A stretch of 64,000 nt of DNA from Candidatus Hydrogenedentota bacterium (GTDB lineage: Bacteria > Hydrogenedentota > Hydrogenedentia > Hydrogenedentales > SLHB01). The position numbers were made by a program, and so were the translations under genes. The stretch is from assembly GCA_963674865.2 (NCBI GenBank), contig CAXXYE010000011.1, forward strand, positions 313,863-377,862, given 5' to 3'. Positions 27,963 to 38,307 of this stretch are shown here, piece after piece (position 1 is the first letter of the stretch; every line of letters starts with the position of its first letter). Below the pieces are notes generated by a model. It did no database searches. It had not been told where the DNA came from and saw only the letters and a list, made by a program, of their open reading frames with translations.

Positions 27963-28814
27963 CTACTGCCCAAACGACTTGATAAGCTCCTCGATCCGCT
28001 CCCGCGCACTCTCGACGTGTTCACAAGCCGCGATCACCTGGGCGCCGGTGAGGCCCAAGGCGGTTATGGCATATTCAGGCGCGTCCGGCGAGCGCCCATT
28101 GCTGATCTCGCCGAATCCGGCCTGATAGGCGATGTAATTGGCCAACGCCGCCAGCGACGCGAGAGGTGGCTCCTCGCTGCTCAAGCCGGGATCGTGATGA
28201 TGGCGGATGGCGTCGACGATGTCCGGGGGAAGATCCCAATGTTGGGCCAAGAGTGCGCCGCACTCGCTGTGATCCATGCCGAACGCCTCCCGCTCGACCT
28301 CGCGGATGAACCGCTGCTCGAGATTGGCCCGATCGGCGGCCTGCAAGTACGTGCCGGGATAAAGCGTATCAAGCGCGATCTTGCCGATATCGTGCAAGAG
28401 CCCGACAACGAAACACCCTTCGGCTTGAATGCGCAGCTTGCCCGCCGTGTATTCCGCGGCCAGAGCGGCCGCGCTCGAATGACACCAGAGCTGGATGCGG
28501 TCGAACTCGCTCAACCCTTTTCCGAGAACGTGGAACGCCGTCGCCGCGAGGGCGATATTGCGGACCTCGTTGAAGCCGAGAATGACGATGGCGCTTGGAA
28601 TGCTCGTAATCTGTCGGTAGAAGCCGTAGTAGGCGGAGTTGACAACCTTGAGCACCGAGGCGGAGAGGCTGGGATCCGACGCGATGTACTTGCCGAGGTC
28701 CAGCGCCGATGACTCCGGATCCGCCACGACCTCGAGGATCTCCATCAAGACCGTGGGCAGCGTAGGAAGCTTTTCAATACGGCTGACGGCATCGCCTACA
28801 TTCGGTGTCTCCAA
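27963..28814 (-). CDS. HDOD-domain protein
   Basis: LPTLP, DPSLSASVLKVVNSAYYG, GLLHDIGK, DHSECGA, WDLP. Confidence 0.92.
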   Translation of the reverse strand: METPNVGDAVSRIEKLPTLPTVLMEILEVVADPESSALDLGKYIASDPSLSASVLKVVNSAYYGFYRQITSIPSAIVILGFNEVRNIALAATAFHVLGKGLSEFDRIQLWCHSSAAALAAEYTAGKLRIQAEGCFVVGLLHDIGKIALDTLYPGTYLQAADRANLEQRFIREVEREAFGMDHSECGALLAQHWDLPPDIVDAIRHHHDPGLSSEEPPLASLAALANYIAYQAGFGEISNGRSPDAPEYAITALGLTGAQVIAACEHVESARERIEELIKSFGQ

Positions 28815-28884
28815 CAGCTACACCCTCCTGCCGGCTTCGTCCTGGCCCTCAGCTCGTAGGCCCAGCCGCTTGCCCTGGCGTCAC

Positions 28885-29360
28885 TTGACGTCTCCCCGTC
28901 CCGTCTCTCGTTTGGAGTTCCAGCTTTAGCTGGCCGCCGGATCTCCGCAGGAACTTGAGGCCACGAGGCGGATTGTAACCCGCCGACTTATTCTGTCAGT
29001 CATCATACGCCAACACCCGACAATGGACAACACCCACAAGGCCAAGATACGAGCAATAGGCCTATCTCACCCCGCTTCCCTTCCACACCGGCCCCGGCGC
29101 CATCGGACGTCTCCCTGTCCTGTTGCTCGTTCGGAGTTCCAGCTTCAGCGGCCCTCCGGCCTTCCGCAGCCGCCGCCTGGCCTCCTTGAGGACGAGTGCT
29201 CGGCATTCCGCCGCGACTCCGCCACTCCGTGTTCTCCGCGAACTCCGTGGTTTGCCTTCTGGGACAGTTTCACGCCACCCCACCATCCGCCAACGCGCGG
29301 CCTTCCCGAAGACGATTGCTTGGCGTTCTTTGCGGCTTTGCGTGAGGCATCGTCGCGAGG
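28885..29360 (+). repeat. Cluster of mixed REP-like half elements
   Basis: Two ~47-bp copies ending GGAGTTCCAGCTT(T/C)AGC (28888-28935, 29106-29153), plus GGCGGATTGTAACCCGCC, CTCCGTGTTCTCCGCGAACTCCGTGG and CTTGGCGTTCTTTGCGGCTTTGCGTGA motifs. Confidence 0.75.
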
Positions 29361-30596
29361 TCACATCCCCTCGGCGCGTTTGATGTGCCCTATCAGGAAG
29401 TAGTTGAAATGGCTTCCATTCGGCCCCTCGGCCCCGAGCACGTAGATGTCATCGCCGATAACGGCGACACCGGGATCGTTGAACACCGCGCCCGGCGGAA
29501 GAACGCCGTCGATCCGTAGCCACTGATCCTTCTCGATATCGTAGGCCATGGCGAGATCCGACCACACAATCGGCACGGACGCGTCGGCCTCATCCCGTAG
29601 CACGCCGCCCACCATGATCGCGTAGCGCCCGGCGTAGAGACCGCCCTCCCACGCCGTGATGCTGAGCGGCGGCGGCGCGACGCGATCCCACGTATCCTCC
29701 TTCGGATCATAGCGCAGACTTTCCCTGAGAGGCGTAGTCTCGTTCGCCTCATTCCACGTGAGCCCGCCGAAGAGATACAGTTTGCCGCCCGCCGACACCG
29801 ATGCAGCCCATCCCCGCCCAGGGCCCGGAATCGGCGTTCGTGTTTGCCAGCCCTTCTCCGGTTGAGCTGGCTCTGACACCTCGACGGTGTCGCGGATGGT
29901 CTGGTGACTGTAGCCCTTCTCGGCGAAATCATACTGGTTGCCGCCCGCGACGACGACGTAGCCCCCGGCGTATCCCACGGCCATGTGCGTTCGCGGTACG
30001 TTGAGCGCGCCGAGAGCCTGCCAGCCGTAAGGCTCGCCTGACGGGTTGATGAGGGCGACGCATTGGCCGTGCGCACGATAGCGAGGCTCCTGGCCCTTAT
30101 ACTGGCACGCCCCGCCGACAACGTAGATGCGATTCTCCGCCGCGATGGCCCGCACGTACTCCCGGCGAATAGGCAAGTCCGGAAGCCTTTCCCAGGCCAC
30201 GCTTGCCGCGTCGTAGCGCCAGCCCCAGCGCGATGTCCTTCGACTGGCGGCGTCCTCCGAGCCATCGCCGCCGGGGATGAATCCCCCGCAGACGTAGACT
30301 TTCCCCTCCAAAGCCACCATACCTACCCCGCTGATGCCGGCGTAGGGGCCGTCGTCCACCCATGGCAGCTTCGTCGTGCGCCATTCGATGGCGCCGAATA
30401 GCGGCAGGTCAGCCAGGGCCGGAAGATCCTTCGTCGAAAGCGGCGGCGCGAAGGTCGTCCCCTCCTTCGGCTTGGCTTTCATATCCGGTGCGCCTGGCTC
30501 CTCGGCCTGCGCCCAAGTTCCTGCCAACAGAACCAAGCACACTACGGCCATCGCCGAGGCGCGCAGGCGTCCCCCGCTCCCATTCGATACATCCAT
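29361..30596 (-). CDS. Secreted Kelch-repeat beta-propeller protein
   Basis: Signal peptide; repeated VYVCGG/IYVVGG/LYLFGG...RYD...W Kelch motifs. Confidence 0.88.
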   Translation of the reverse strand: MDVSNGSGGRLRASAMAVVCLVLLAGTWAQAEEPGAPDMKAKPKEGTTFAPPLSTKDLPALADLPLFGAIEWRTTKLPWVDDGPYAGISGVGMVALEGKVYVCGGFIPGGDGSEDAASRRTSRWGWRYDAASVAWERLPDLPIRREYVRAIAAENRIYVVGGACQYKGQEPRYRAHGQCVALINPSGEPYGWQALGALNVPRTHMAVGYAGGYVVVAGGNQYDFAEKGYSHQTIRDTVEVSEPAQPEKGWQTRTPIPGPGRGWAASVSAGGKLYLFGGLTWNEANETTPLRESLRYDPKEDTWDRVAPPPLSITAWEGGLYAGRYAIMVGGVLRDEADASVPIVWSDLAMAYDIEKDQWLRIDGVLPPGAVFNDPGVAVIGDDIYVLGAEGPNGSHFNYFLIGHIKRAEGM

Positions 30597-30676
30597 CGTT
30601 CACCTCCCCTCTTGTGGCCGTGCCGACAGTGCTGGCGGCCTTGGAGATTCTTCTATCGCTGCACGCAGGCCAGGCA

Positions 30677-31792
30677 TCAATCCGGGAGGTCCCATATCAC
30701 CGCCCTGGCCGAGTAGGTGCCCGCCGCCTTCGCGTAGAACACCGTCAGAATGCGCCCGTCCTCGCGCTCAAGGCTGGACGGATACCCGCCATCCCATTCC
30801 GGCATGGAAGCCACATACACCGGCTTGTCCCAAGACTTGCCTCCGTCCGCGCTCACCCGCGCCACGACCCCCAAGTGCCCGGTTCTGCGATCGCCGTAAG
30901 TCAGCAAGATGTTTCCGCACTTCAGGCGCAAGAGGTGCCCGGGGTGCTGCAAACGTTCAGCTACTTCGCCTTCACTACGCCACGTCACACCGTCATCCGT
31001 CGAGCGGAGGAGCCTCATGGCCCCAGCCTTCTCACGCGAGGCCGCAAGCCACTCCCCATCACCAAGATTCAGCAACGCCGTCTCATTCAGATCCGGCGCG
31101 ATCTTCGAGCGAAGCTGCCACGTCTTACCGTCATCCTCGCTCACCAAGAAACACGCCCCCCAAGGATCCGGCTTGTCGTGATACGACGTGGTATACGCGG
31201 ACGCGTTGAGGCGCCCGCCTTCCGACAGCACGATGTCGCCGAAGGCAACAAACGCACATCCGTTCGGATCGGTGGCGGGAAATCCATCGCTTCGCTCCCA
31301 AGTCCTTCCCCCGTCCGTTGAACGGCACACCCAGGGCGGCAAGATGGCGTCCCGGAAAGGATCGCGTTTCGGTGCATCAGGCTGCTGTACATCCGTCCAT
31401 CCGCCGACGAGCGCAACCAGATGGCCATGGCCGTCGAGGCCGATAGAATGGTTCATCCGAACCGTCTTCGGCTCGTGGGCCGTAATTGTGCCGCGCGGCG
31501 TCCACGTCGTGCCTTCGTCCTTGCTCGCCCAGCAGGCCACATCGCCCTCTACCTGGCCGTGGCTCGGCTTGTCGAAACCGGCTAGCAGAATCGTGCCGTC
31601 CGGCAGCCGCGTGAGATTGGGCCAAACCGTTACGTCCGGCACGGCAGTGAATGACTCGGCCACCGGCGTGTCGCTGTCCTCGACGGCCTCATCCTTCATG
31701 ACTTCACCCTCTCCTTCCGCAAGAAAACCAAACGCACAAAGCGCAACAATGCTCAACGGCATCATCCCCAAACGTCTGTTGCTCGATCTCAT
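30677..31792 (-). CDS. Secreted BNR/Asp-box sialidase-like protein
   Basis: Five Asp boxes (SKDEGTTW, STDGGRTW, SEDDGKTW, STDDGVTW, SADGGKSW) and GYPS. Confidence 0.88.
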   Translation of the reverse strand: MRSSNRRLGMMPLSIVALCAFGFLAEGEGEVMKDEAVEDSDTPVAESFTAVPDVTVWPNLTRLPDGTILLAGFDKPSHGQVEGDVACWASKDEGTTWTPRGTITAHEPKTVRMNHSIGLDGHGHLVALVGGWTDVQQPDAPKRDPFRDAILPPWVCRSTDGGRTWERSDGFPATDPNGCAFVAFGDIVLSEGGRLNASAYTTSYHDKPDPWGACFLVSEDDGKTWQLRSKIAPDLNETALLNLGDGEWLAASREKAGAMRLLRSTDDGVTWRSEGEVAERLQHPGHLLRLKCGNILLTYGDRRTGHLGVVARVSADGGKSWDKPVYVASMPEWDGGYPSSLEREDGRILTVFYAKAAGTYSARAVIWDLPD

Positions 31793-32040
31793 TGCTCGTC
31801 CCTCTCGCGGGTGATCCACCCGGGGGCTATTCGTCTTCCAGCAAAGCCGCCGCCATTCTAGTGCTCCTGTATCCGGCCGTCAACGCGTGGCGCTCCAAGC
31901 CGCATGTCATGCAGTCTCAGCCGAACTCTCACACGGACTTCGCTGGAGACGAGGCTCCGGCTATAATGTCCCCCTGAACGAGACGCTTGACCATAGAAGC
32001 TCCCGGCCAAGGTCGGGGCCTTTGCAGCGAAAGGGAAGTG

Positions 32041-32171
32041 ATGTCTAAGGATGCGGCCGGAAAGCCACCGAATAACCGGCCACAGGAGATCTTGGTGTTG
32101 AAAAAGAAGAACTTACAAATGCTTTCTGGCCGCATCCCACCCGGAGCGGCGCTTTCAGGCCAGATTTCTAG
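32041..32171 (+). repeat. Palindromic coding repeat element, copy 2
   Basis: GGATGCGGCCGGAAAGC (32049-32065) / GCTTTCTGGCCGCATCC (32121-32137) inverted repeat, 16/17 match; degenerate second right end followed by CTAG. Confidence 0.9.
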
Positions 32172-33867
32172 CCATTCTCCAAGAAACGCCGGCTATATCC
32201 TACTGATGCTTGTCGCGCTTTCGGCGGCAATCGCGCTCTCGGCGGGCGCCGCCGCGCCAACCATCCAAGCCGTCACCTTCGAGTCCCCGAACGACGCATT
32301 CCGCTTCTATCACATTCGCGTGGCCTTGAGCGCCGCCGATGACGCCTTCGATGTCAAAGCCGTCGAGGTCGCCGGCCAAGAGCGGCTCTTTGTAGCGACC
32401 GTCGACGGCAAACTGCGTCAGATCGAGGACAACGGGCGCGTCCGCCGGGCGTCGAACGGCAATGTCCCCGCCGCATCCCCCTCGGCTATGCACATTAAGT
32501 GCCCCTGGAAAAACGACGCGACCTACCCCCTCATTCTGCATTGCGTGCCGCACAGCGGCGGCGATCCCTTCGACCTGAACGCCGCGGCAGCGGCCCCCGC
32601 TGCGGGTGGATTTCCCTATCCCGGCTGGCGTGAACACCGGATGCTGGCGCTGCGAGAGGACGCCGGAATCGCCCGCGCGAACGAGCCCTTCCTCTTCTTT
32701 CTCTCAGACAACGGACGAAACATCCGCTCCTGGCAAGAGGAACTGCGTATCGCCCGCTACGACCTCGCTTCCCATAAGACGGAAGAGATCCCGAGCCAAG
32801 TGCTCTACGAGAAGCGGCGCTTCGACACGCCGAAACAGGAAGCGGCCTATGCCACCTGCCAAGTGGCCATGCTCGCGGACGTCCCCGCCGGCGGGAAGGC
32901 GTATTACCTGATCGCCTATGGCAATCCCGACGCCGAGGCGCCCGACTACTCCTCGGACCTTTCGATAGAGGGACGCGAAGACGGCAGTCAGTGGATTGAG
33001 AACGACTTCTATGAGCTTCGCCTGGACCCGGCCTCCGGCCAAATTGCCGGACTTCGCTCCAAGCAATTCGGCGCCGGCGAATACCGCGGCTTTGGACTGC
33101 ACGAGGACTCCAAATACGTCCTGCATTACAACCCCGACGTGTGGGTGAAGGGGCGCAGTTGGACCCACACCCACGGATGGAATCCTCCCCCTGAGACCAC
33201 CACAGTGAGCGGGCCCGTGGCCGTCGTTACGCGGCGCTGGGGCCATCTGCCACGCGCTCCGGAGGTCGAGGTCGAAGTCACATACCATTGCTTCAGCCAT
33301 TCGCCCTACTGCCTTGTCGAATCCACCATGGACGTGCTCCACGACCTCGTCGTCAACGCCTTGCGCAACGAGGAAGTGGTTTTCCTGCCGGCCGAAGTGG
33401 ACCACGCTGGCTGGCGGCGGCCTAACGGCGAACTCGGATACAAGCCGATGACTCAGGAGCCCGGCCTTACGCCCGGTATGGTGCAGATCGTCGAGCCCGA
33501 CGCTCCGTATGTTTGCATGGTGCGCGAGGCCAACGGACTCGGAATCGCCAGCTTCCGCCTGAGCCAGCACGCCGGATCGCGGAGCGACCAAGACCCCGTC
33601 ATCGTCGCGAGTATGACCATCCTCGCCGACTACAACTGGGGATTCCGCTACTGGAGCCGTGCCCTCGTGTATCCCTGGGGCGATCACCTCCCCGACCAGC
33701 CCACGATTCTCAACGAAGGCACGTACTATGGCGAGAAAAGCGCCTTCTGTCTCTTCCCCCTAGGCGATGGCGACAGCCCGGCCGAACGATTGGCCTACGT
33801 CGAAGCGTTGTACAAGAAGCTATGCTGCCCGCTCCGGATCGATCATCAAGGCGCCGGCCCCTGGTGA
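32041..33867 (+). CDS. Hypothetical secreted beta-rich protein with repeat-derived N-terminus
   Basis: 608-aa ORF; hydrophobic signal ILLMLVALSAAIALSAGAAA begins only after ~45 repeat-encoded residues. Confidence 0.75.
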   Translation: MSKDAAGKPPNNRPQEILVLKKKNLQMLSGRIPPGAALSGQISSHSPRNAGYILLMLVALSAAIALSAGAAAPTIQAVTFESPNDAFRFYHIRVALSAADDAFDVKAVEVAGQERLFVATVDGKLRQIEDNGRVRRASNGNVPAASPSAMHIKCPWKNDATYPLILHCVPHSGGDPFDLNAAAAAPAAGGFPYPGWREHRMLALREDAGIARANEPFLFFLSDNGRNIRSWQEELRIARYDLASHKTEEIPSQVLYEKRRFDTPKQEAAYATCQVAMLADVPAGGKAYYLIAYGNPDAEAPDYSSDLSIEGREDGSQWIENDFYELRLDPASGQIAGLRSKQFGAGEYRGFGLHEDSKYVLHYNPDVWVKGRSWTHTHGWNPPPETTTVSGPVAVVTRRWGHLPRAPEVEVEVTYHCFSHSPYCLVESTMDVLHDLVVNALRNEEVVFLPAEVDHAGWRRPNGELGYKPMTQEPGLTPGMVQIVEPDAPYVCMVREANGLGIASFRLSQHAGSRSDQDPVIVASMTILADYNWGFRYWSRALVYPWGDHLPDQPTILNEGTYYGEKSAFCLFPLGDGDSPAERLAYVEALYKKLCCPLRIDHQGAGPW

Positions 33868-34266
33868 GTGGCAGAATGGATAGCCTGTCCCGCCCCGTCA
33901 GCTTTCGCCGTCAGAGGCTCTCTCGTATCTGGTGACGGTTTGGCCGCCTCTAACCTATCGCAGAAGCATGCCCTGCTCAATAGCCACTTCTTCGTAGATG
34001 AGCCGGCTGCCGTCGTCGTAGTTGATGGCAGGTTCAGCAGGTACGAGGCCGGGCACTCGATTGCGTCCACGTCCGCCCCCGTGCCCTCCGCTACGCAAAG
34101 TAGCACAAAGTCCCCGAGCACGCTCAAAACGCGTGTCATTCCTCACAAAAAGCGCATAATCCGCACGTCATTTGCGCGCTTTCGCGCGAAGCATCTATTG
34201 ACAACGCCCCCGCATTCTGAACAGAATAAGATGCAAACATGATCAACTAACGTGGGGAGCTTAACC

Positions 34267-36063
34267 ATGCCGTCCAAATTCCACGCAGTGTCCCGCGGGG
34301 GCATTATCCTCGTGGCGTTCGTCATTCTCCTCGGATGCGCCACAGGGCGCCAGTCCGTTGCCGACGAGCCCAATACGGAGATGCCGGCCACGACGATGGA
34401 AGAACCTGTCACTCCTGCCGAGCCCCTGATGCAAAAGCCCGCTCCGGTTGCCGCCGCGCCGGCCGTCGCCGCGCCGAAGCCCAAACCCGGCCCGCGCGTC
34501 CGCGTCGTCGGCAGCGATCTCTCGTTGGCGGAACTTGCCGGGAGCGACGCCCTCGTCACCGTCGTGCTCAAGAGCGGCAATGCCAAAGATCCCAACCTGC
34601 GCATTGTCGAGGTGACGCCCGCGTATGTCTCCGTCGTCGGCTTGGACGGCGAGATGAACTCCTACTTGATCTCAGCCATCCGTGAAGTCCGAGTACAATC
34701 CCGCGAGGTTGAGGCGCGCGTCTACAGGCCCGACATCGTCCGTGCCATGCGCGCTGACGAGCGAAGCGTCCTCGATCGCGCCTTTATTCGCGTCGGCGAC
34801 CTCGTGACGGCCCTCGCGGGCAATCAGGCCCTGCTCATGCGCGCCAACACCCTCATCGCCGTGGGCGGCGGCGAACAAGGCAGGCAGGCCGCCAACTACC
34901 TCCGGCAATTGGCGCAAGGGAATGACCTTCATACCTCCATCGAAGCCTACATGTACCTTTACCTCATCGGCGACAAGGACGGCGACGGCATCCCTTCCGC
35001 CGTCGAGGGCAAGGCCGATCCCGATGGCGATGGCATCCCGAATGATCTTGATGGCGACAGCGACAATGACGGCATTCCGGACAGCAAGGAAGGCATGATC
35101 GACGAGAATGGCGATGGCGTGCCCGATGCCTTGGGACAGGGCCTTCCCGACAGCGATAAGGACGGTGTGCCCGATTTCCTTGACAATGATGCCGCGGCCG
35201 AAGAAGAACCTGCCGAACTTGCCGTCACGCTCCAGAATGGCGTGCCCGGCTTCGTTGATCCCAGCCGCCCCTTGCTCAACGTTATCGAAGACGGTTTGGC
35301 CAGTCCCAATCGCGGTATACGGGCCGCCGCCGCGAAGCTGGCCGGGCTGGCCGAGGATCACGAGGTCGAACACATCCTGCGTGAGATGGCCAAAGACCGC
35401 GCTGCCGATATTGGCGTCCCTGCGGCGTGTGCGTTGGCCCGTCTTGGCGACCGCGACATCATTCCTCAATTGTTGAGACTGCTCTTCGACAATAGCCCCG
35501 AGAAGGGCGCGGCCGCCGTGTTTGGCCTGACCCGCCTGGACGGCCCCGAGGTCATTGTCACCCTCAAGTCGAGGCTCGATGCCGCCACAAGCACCGAACG
35601 CTTCCGCATCGCCCGCATCCTGCAAGCGTTGGGCGATCCGATGGGTGTCACCATCCTCAAGGAAGAGGTCATGGATGTTCCCACGCTCGCGCCGCAGGCC
35701 GCGATCATCCTTGCTCGCGAGGGCGATTGGGAAGCCATACGCTATCTGCGCGACCGCTTGGCCGAGCGCTATAACACCGTGCAGCAGGTGTTCCTTTACC
35801 GCGCCAAGGCCGTTGCGGCCCTCATCGCCGGCGGACACCCCGCCTCCGTTGCCGAGCTCCAGGCGCTGCTGAGGACGGAAGATCCCCTCGTCCACGTAAG
35901 CGTGTGCATTCACATTGGCGAGATTGGAAAACGCAATCTGCTCACCATTTTGCACCCTGCGATTGAGAGCACCGATCCAAACGTTTCCCTTGCTGCCTGT
36001 GAAGCCGCTATCGCCATCGCCGAACCCGATTTCCGGGAGCGCCTTATCGAAATACGGGAATAG
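34267..36063 (+). CDS. Lipoprotein with HEAT-like repeats and inserted thrombospondin type-3-like Ca-binding repeats
   Basis: Lipobox LLGC; Pro/Ala linker; DxDGDGIP repeats; HEAT/PBS-like helical repeats. Confidence 0.8.
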   Translation: MPSKFHAVSRGGIILVAFVILLGCATGRQSVADEPNTEMPATTMEEPVTPAEPLMQKPAPVAAAPAVAAPKPKPGPRVRVVGSDLSLAELAGSDALVTVVLKSGNAKDPNLRIVEVTPAYVSVVGLDGEMNSYLISAIREVRVQSREVEARVYRPDIVRAMRADERSVLDRAFIRVGDLVTALAGNQALLMRANTLIAVGGGEQGRQAANYLRQLAQGNDLHTSIEAYMYLYLIGDKDGDGIPSAVEGKADPDGDGIPNDLDGDSDNDGIPDSKEGMIDENGDGVPDALGQGLPDSDKDGVPDFLDNDAAAEEEPAELAVTLQNGVPGFVDPSRPLLNVIEDGLASPNRGIRAAAAKLAGLAEDHEVEHILREMAKDRAADIGVPAACALARLGDRDIIPQLLRLLFDNSPEKGAAAVFGLTRLDGPEVIVTLKSRLDAATSTERFRIARILQALGDPMGVTILKEEVMDVPTLAPQAAIILAREGDWEAIRYLRDRLAERYNTVQQVFLYRAKAVAALIAGGHPASVAELQALLRTEDPLVHVSVCIHIGEIGKRNLLTILHPAIESTDPNVSLAACEAAIAIAEPDFRERLIEIRE

Positions 36064-36068
36064 CGCCC

Positions 36069-36344
36069 ATGGCCGACCGACTCCACGTGCTCATCCATGG
36101 CAGGGTGCAAGGCGTGGGATTTCGGTATGCCACCCACAGGCAGGCCGCCCTCCTCGACCTCAATGGCTGGGTGAAGAACCTCTACGACGGCGGCGTCGAG
36201 GCCGAATTCGAGGGACCCCGAGACCGGCTTGATACCATGCTCGAGTGGTGCCGCGTCGGCCCTGCGTACGCCAATGTCACTCATGTCGACGCTTCGTGGG
36301 AGTCCGGCCCCCCCCGCCATGAGCACTTCTCAATCCGCGGCTGA
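36069..36344 (+). CDS. acyP: Acylphosphatase
   Basis: GRVQGVGFR and GWVKN motifs. Confidence 0.95.
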   Translation: MADRLHVLIHGRVQGVGFRYATHRQAALLDLNGWVKNLYDGGVEAEFEGPRDRLDTMLEWCRVGPAYANVTHVDASWESGPPRHEHFSIRG

Positions 36345-36361
36345 GGACCACTTCCGGCCGC

Positions 36362-37147
36362 CTATGCTTTCCTCAGAATCCAGATCCGCTCCGTGGACGA
36401 CTCCGTCACCGGCCCGCAGTCGAAATCTCCGCAGAGCGCATCGACGGTGAAGCCGCAATCCCGAACCAGCTCCCCCATATCCCCCCGACTTGGCCAGCCC
36501 CTTTCCATCGAAAGGAGACGCCGCCGCGCTCTCACGCCCACGGCCACCGGCCCTGCGATCTGGTACTCCTCCTCCAGCCGCTGTGCCGCCAAGTCACAAC
36601 GCCACCGATGACGCACCACGACCTCATCCCCCGTGCCGGACACGGCGTACCGCTCCTCAGTCCATGTCGCATCCTCCAGGACCTGCGACGGGAGCTCGGG
36701 CTCCTCATGATCCCGCGGGGGCGACCAGTAGTTCATCATCAGCACCCCCCCGGCCGCCAGATGCCTGTGGACGGCGCTCAGGCAGGCCCGCCGCTCCTCA
36801 TTCGTCAAGAGATGCATGAAAGTCCGGTAGGCTATCACGGCCAGCTCGAAGCATCCGGCGAAGGCAAACGCCCGCATATCCCCCTGTACCAAGTCCAGTC
36901 GCCCCGGCGTGTCCCCGATCTCGGCCAACTTCTCGCGGCAGCAATCCAACATCGCCTTCGAGTTGTCCAGGCCGACCACGTCCACCCCCGACATAGCCAT
37001 CGGAATCGACAGCCGCCCCGTCCCGCACCCCAGCTCAAGCGTCCTGCCTCCCTGGCGCATCGCATTGCCGACATAGAACTCCGCCTCGCCAGGCAATCCC
37101 TGGTGAATCAAGTCGTAATACTCGGCCCAACCGTCAAAAACCGCCAT
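36362..37147 (-). CDS. Class I SAM-dependent methyltransferase
   Basis: LELGCGTGR, GLDNS, QGDMR. Confidence 0.9.
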   Translation of the reverse strand: MAVFDGWAEYYDLIHQGLPGEAEFYVGNAMRQGGRTLELGCGTGRLSIPMAMSGVDVVGLDNSKAMLDCCREKLAEIGDTPGRLDLVQGDMRAFAFAGCFELAVIAYRTFMHLLTNEERRACLSAVHRHLAAGGVLMMNYWSPPRDHEEPELPSQVLEDATWTEERYAVSGTGDEVVVRHRWRCDLAAQRLEEEYQIAGPVAVGVRARRRLLSMERGWPSRGDMGELVRDCGFTVDALCGDFDCGPVTESSTERIWILRKA

Positions 37148-37249
37148 AGTATTTCCTGTGTCACGCTGGCTGCACCCCGCCAGAGATACCTCTTTGAGGC
37201 CAGACTCCTACGTGTACCCTTTTCCGGCTACCGCTGCCTTCATAAGCGC

Positions 37250-38140
37250 TCACTCGGCAAGGTACTTGCCCAGAAACGCCGCAATCTCGCCAAAATGCTC
37301 CTTGCGCCACGTGCGGTGTACGCGATCCAACGCATGGCCGTAACCTGGCGCCGCTAGCAGCCGCGTCGGCACGCCCAATGCCTCAAGGCGCGCGTGCATC
37401 GCCTCCGTCTGCTCGAACGGCACGATCCGATCGTCTTCACCGTGGATGAAAAAGATCGGGCAGGTGGACGCATCTGCGTGCGTGAGCGGCGACGCCCACG
37501 CCAGCGGCTCCATGCCGTTCGCTGGATGCTCTTCCCCCGCGAACTCAGTCACGTACTTCTTTGCCACCTTCGGGAGCCGGGCCCGGCCTATCGGGCGCCG
37601 GTACGAGGTCAGGTCCGTCGGACCGTAGAAGCTGACCGCCGCGCGGATAGCGCTCGACGTCCCCCTGTTGGCATGACCCTCGAGGCCGTCGGCGGGGCCC
37701 GTCGTCGCCAGCATCAGCGCCAGGTGAGCCCCCGCCGACTGGCCCAGCGCCCCGATCCGCTCCGGGTCGATGCCGTATTCCTCATTGTGAAGCCTGAGCC
37801 AACGCACCGCCGCCTTCACGTCATACAGGCAGTCCGGAAACGGATGCCAAGGCATTTTCCGGTATCCCGCCGACATCGCGACGTAGCCTTCCCGCGCCAG
37901 TGCCCGGCCGTAGCACCTCATCTGGTGCCGGGTGCCCGCCAACCAGCCGCCGCCGTGAATCAAGAGGACGGCGGGCCTGAGCCCCTCCATCTCGCCGGCG
38001 GGAAGGTAGACTGTGGCCTTCAGTTTGCCGGAGTCCGTCTCCGCGTAGACCACCCGTTCAGCGGCGATTTCTTCCCCCGCAAAAACACGAGACGCCGCCC
38101 CCACCACGCAAATCAACACGAACCAAGTACTTCTCATCAT
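37250..38140 (-). CDS. Secreted alpha/beta hydrolase (HSL-like esterase)
   Basis: HGGGW, GQSAG, HGEDD and catalytic His motif; signal peptide. Confidence 0.92.
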   Translation of the reverse strand: MMRSTWFVLICVVGAASRVFAGEEIAAERVVYAETDSGKLKATVYLPAGEMEGLRPAVLLIHGGGWLAGTRHQMRCYGRALAREGYVAMSAGYRKMPWHPFPDCLYDVKAAVRWLRLHNEEYGIDPERIGALGQSAGAHLALMLATTGPADGLEGHANRGTSSAIRAAVSFYGPTDLTSYRRPIGRARLPKVAKKYVTEFAGEEHPANGMEPLAWASPLTHADASTCPIFFIHGEDDRIVPFEQTEAMHARLEALGVPTRLLAAPGYGHALDRVHRTWRKEHFGEIAAFLGKYLAE

Positions 38141-38307
38141 GGACTATTCCCAATACCAATACCTCCACAGTGCCGCGCACACGGCTCCTGGGAATGGCAT
38201 CACCAACCGAGATCTGCCTTTTGGAGTGAACGAGTGGGCCGGGATGGCAAACATCGCGGCTCCAGGAGACCTGGAGCGCGGCACAATGGGCAACCCGGCC
38301 ACCGGGA

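Noticed and set aside
29003..29403. Small ORFs in the repeat cluster
   Set aside because: Translations are simply repeat motifs (EFQL, LELRT); no RBS or domain support.
33868..34250. Small ORF or pseudogene fragment (33955-34146, minus)
   Set aside because: Partly protein-like but no RBS or recognisable family; cannot be supported.
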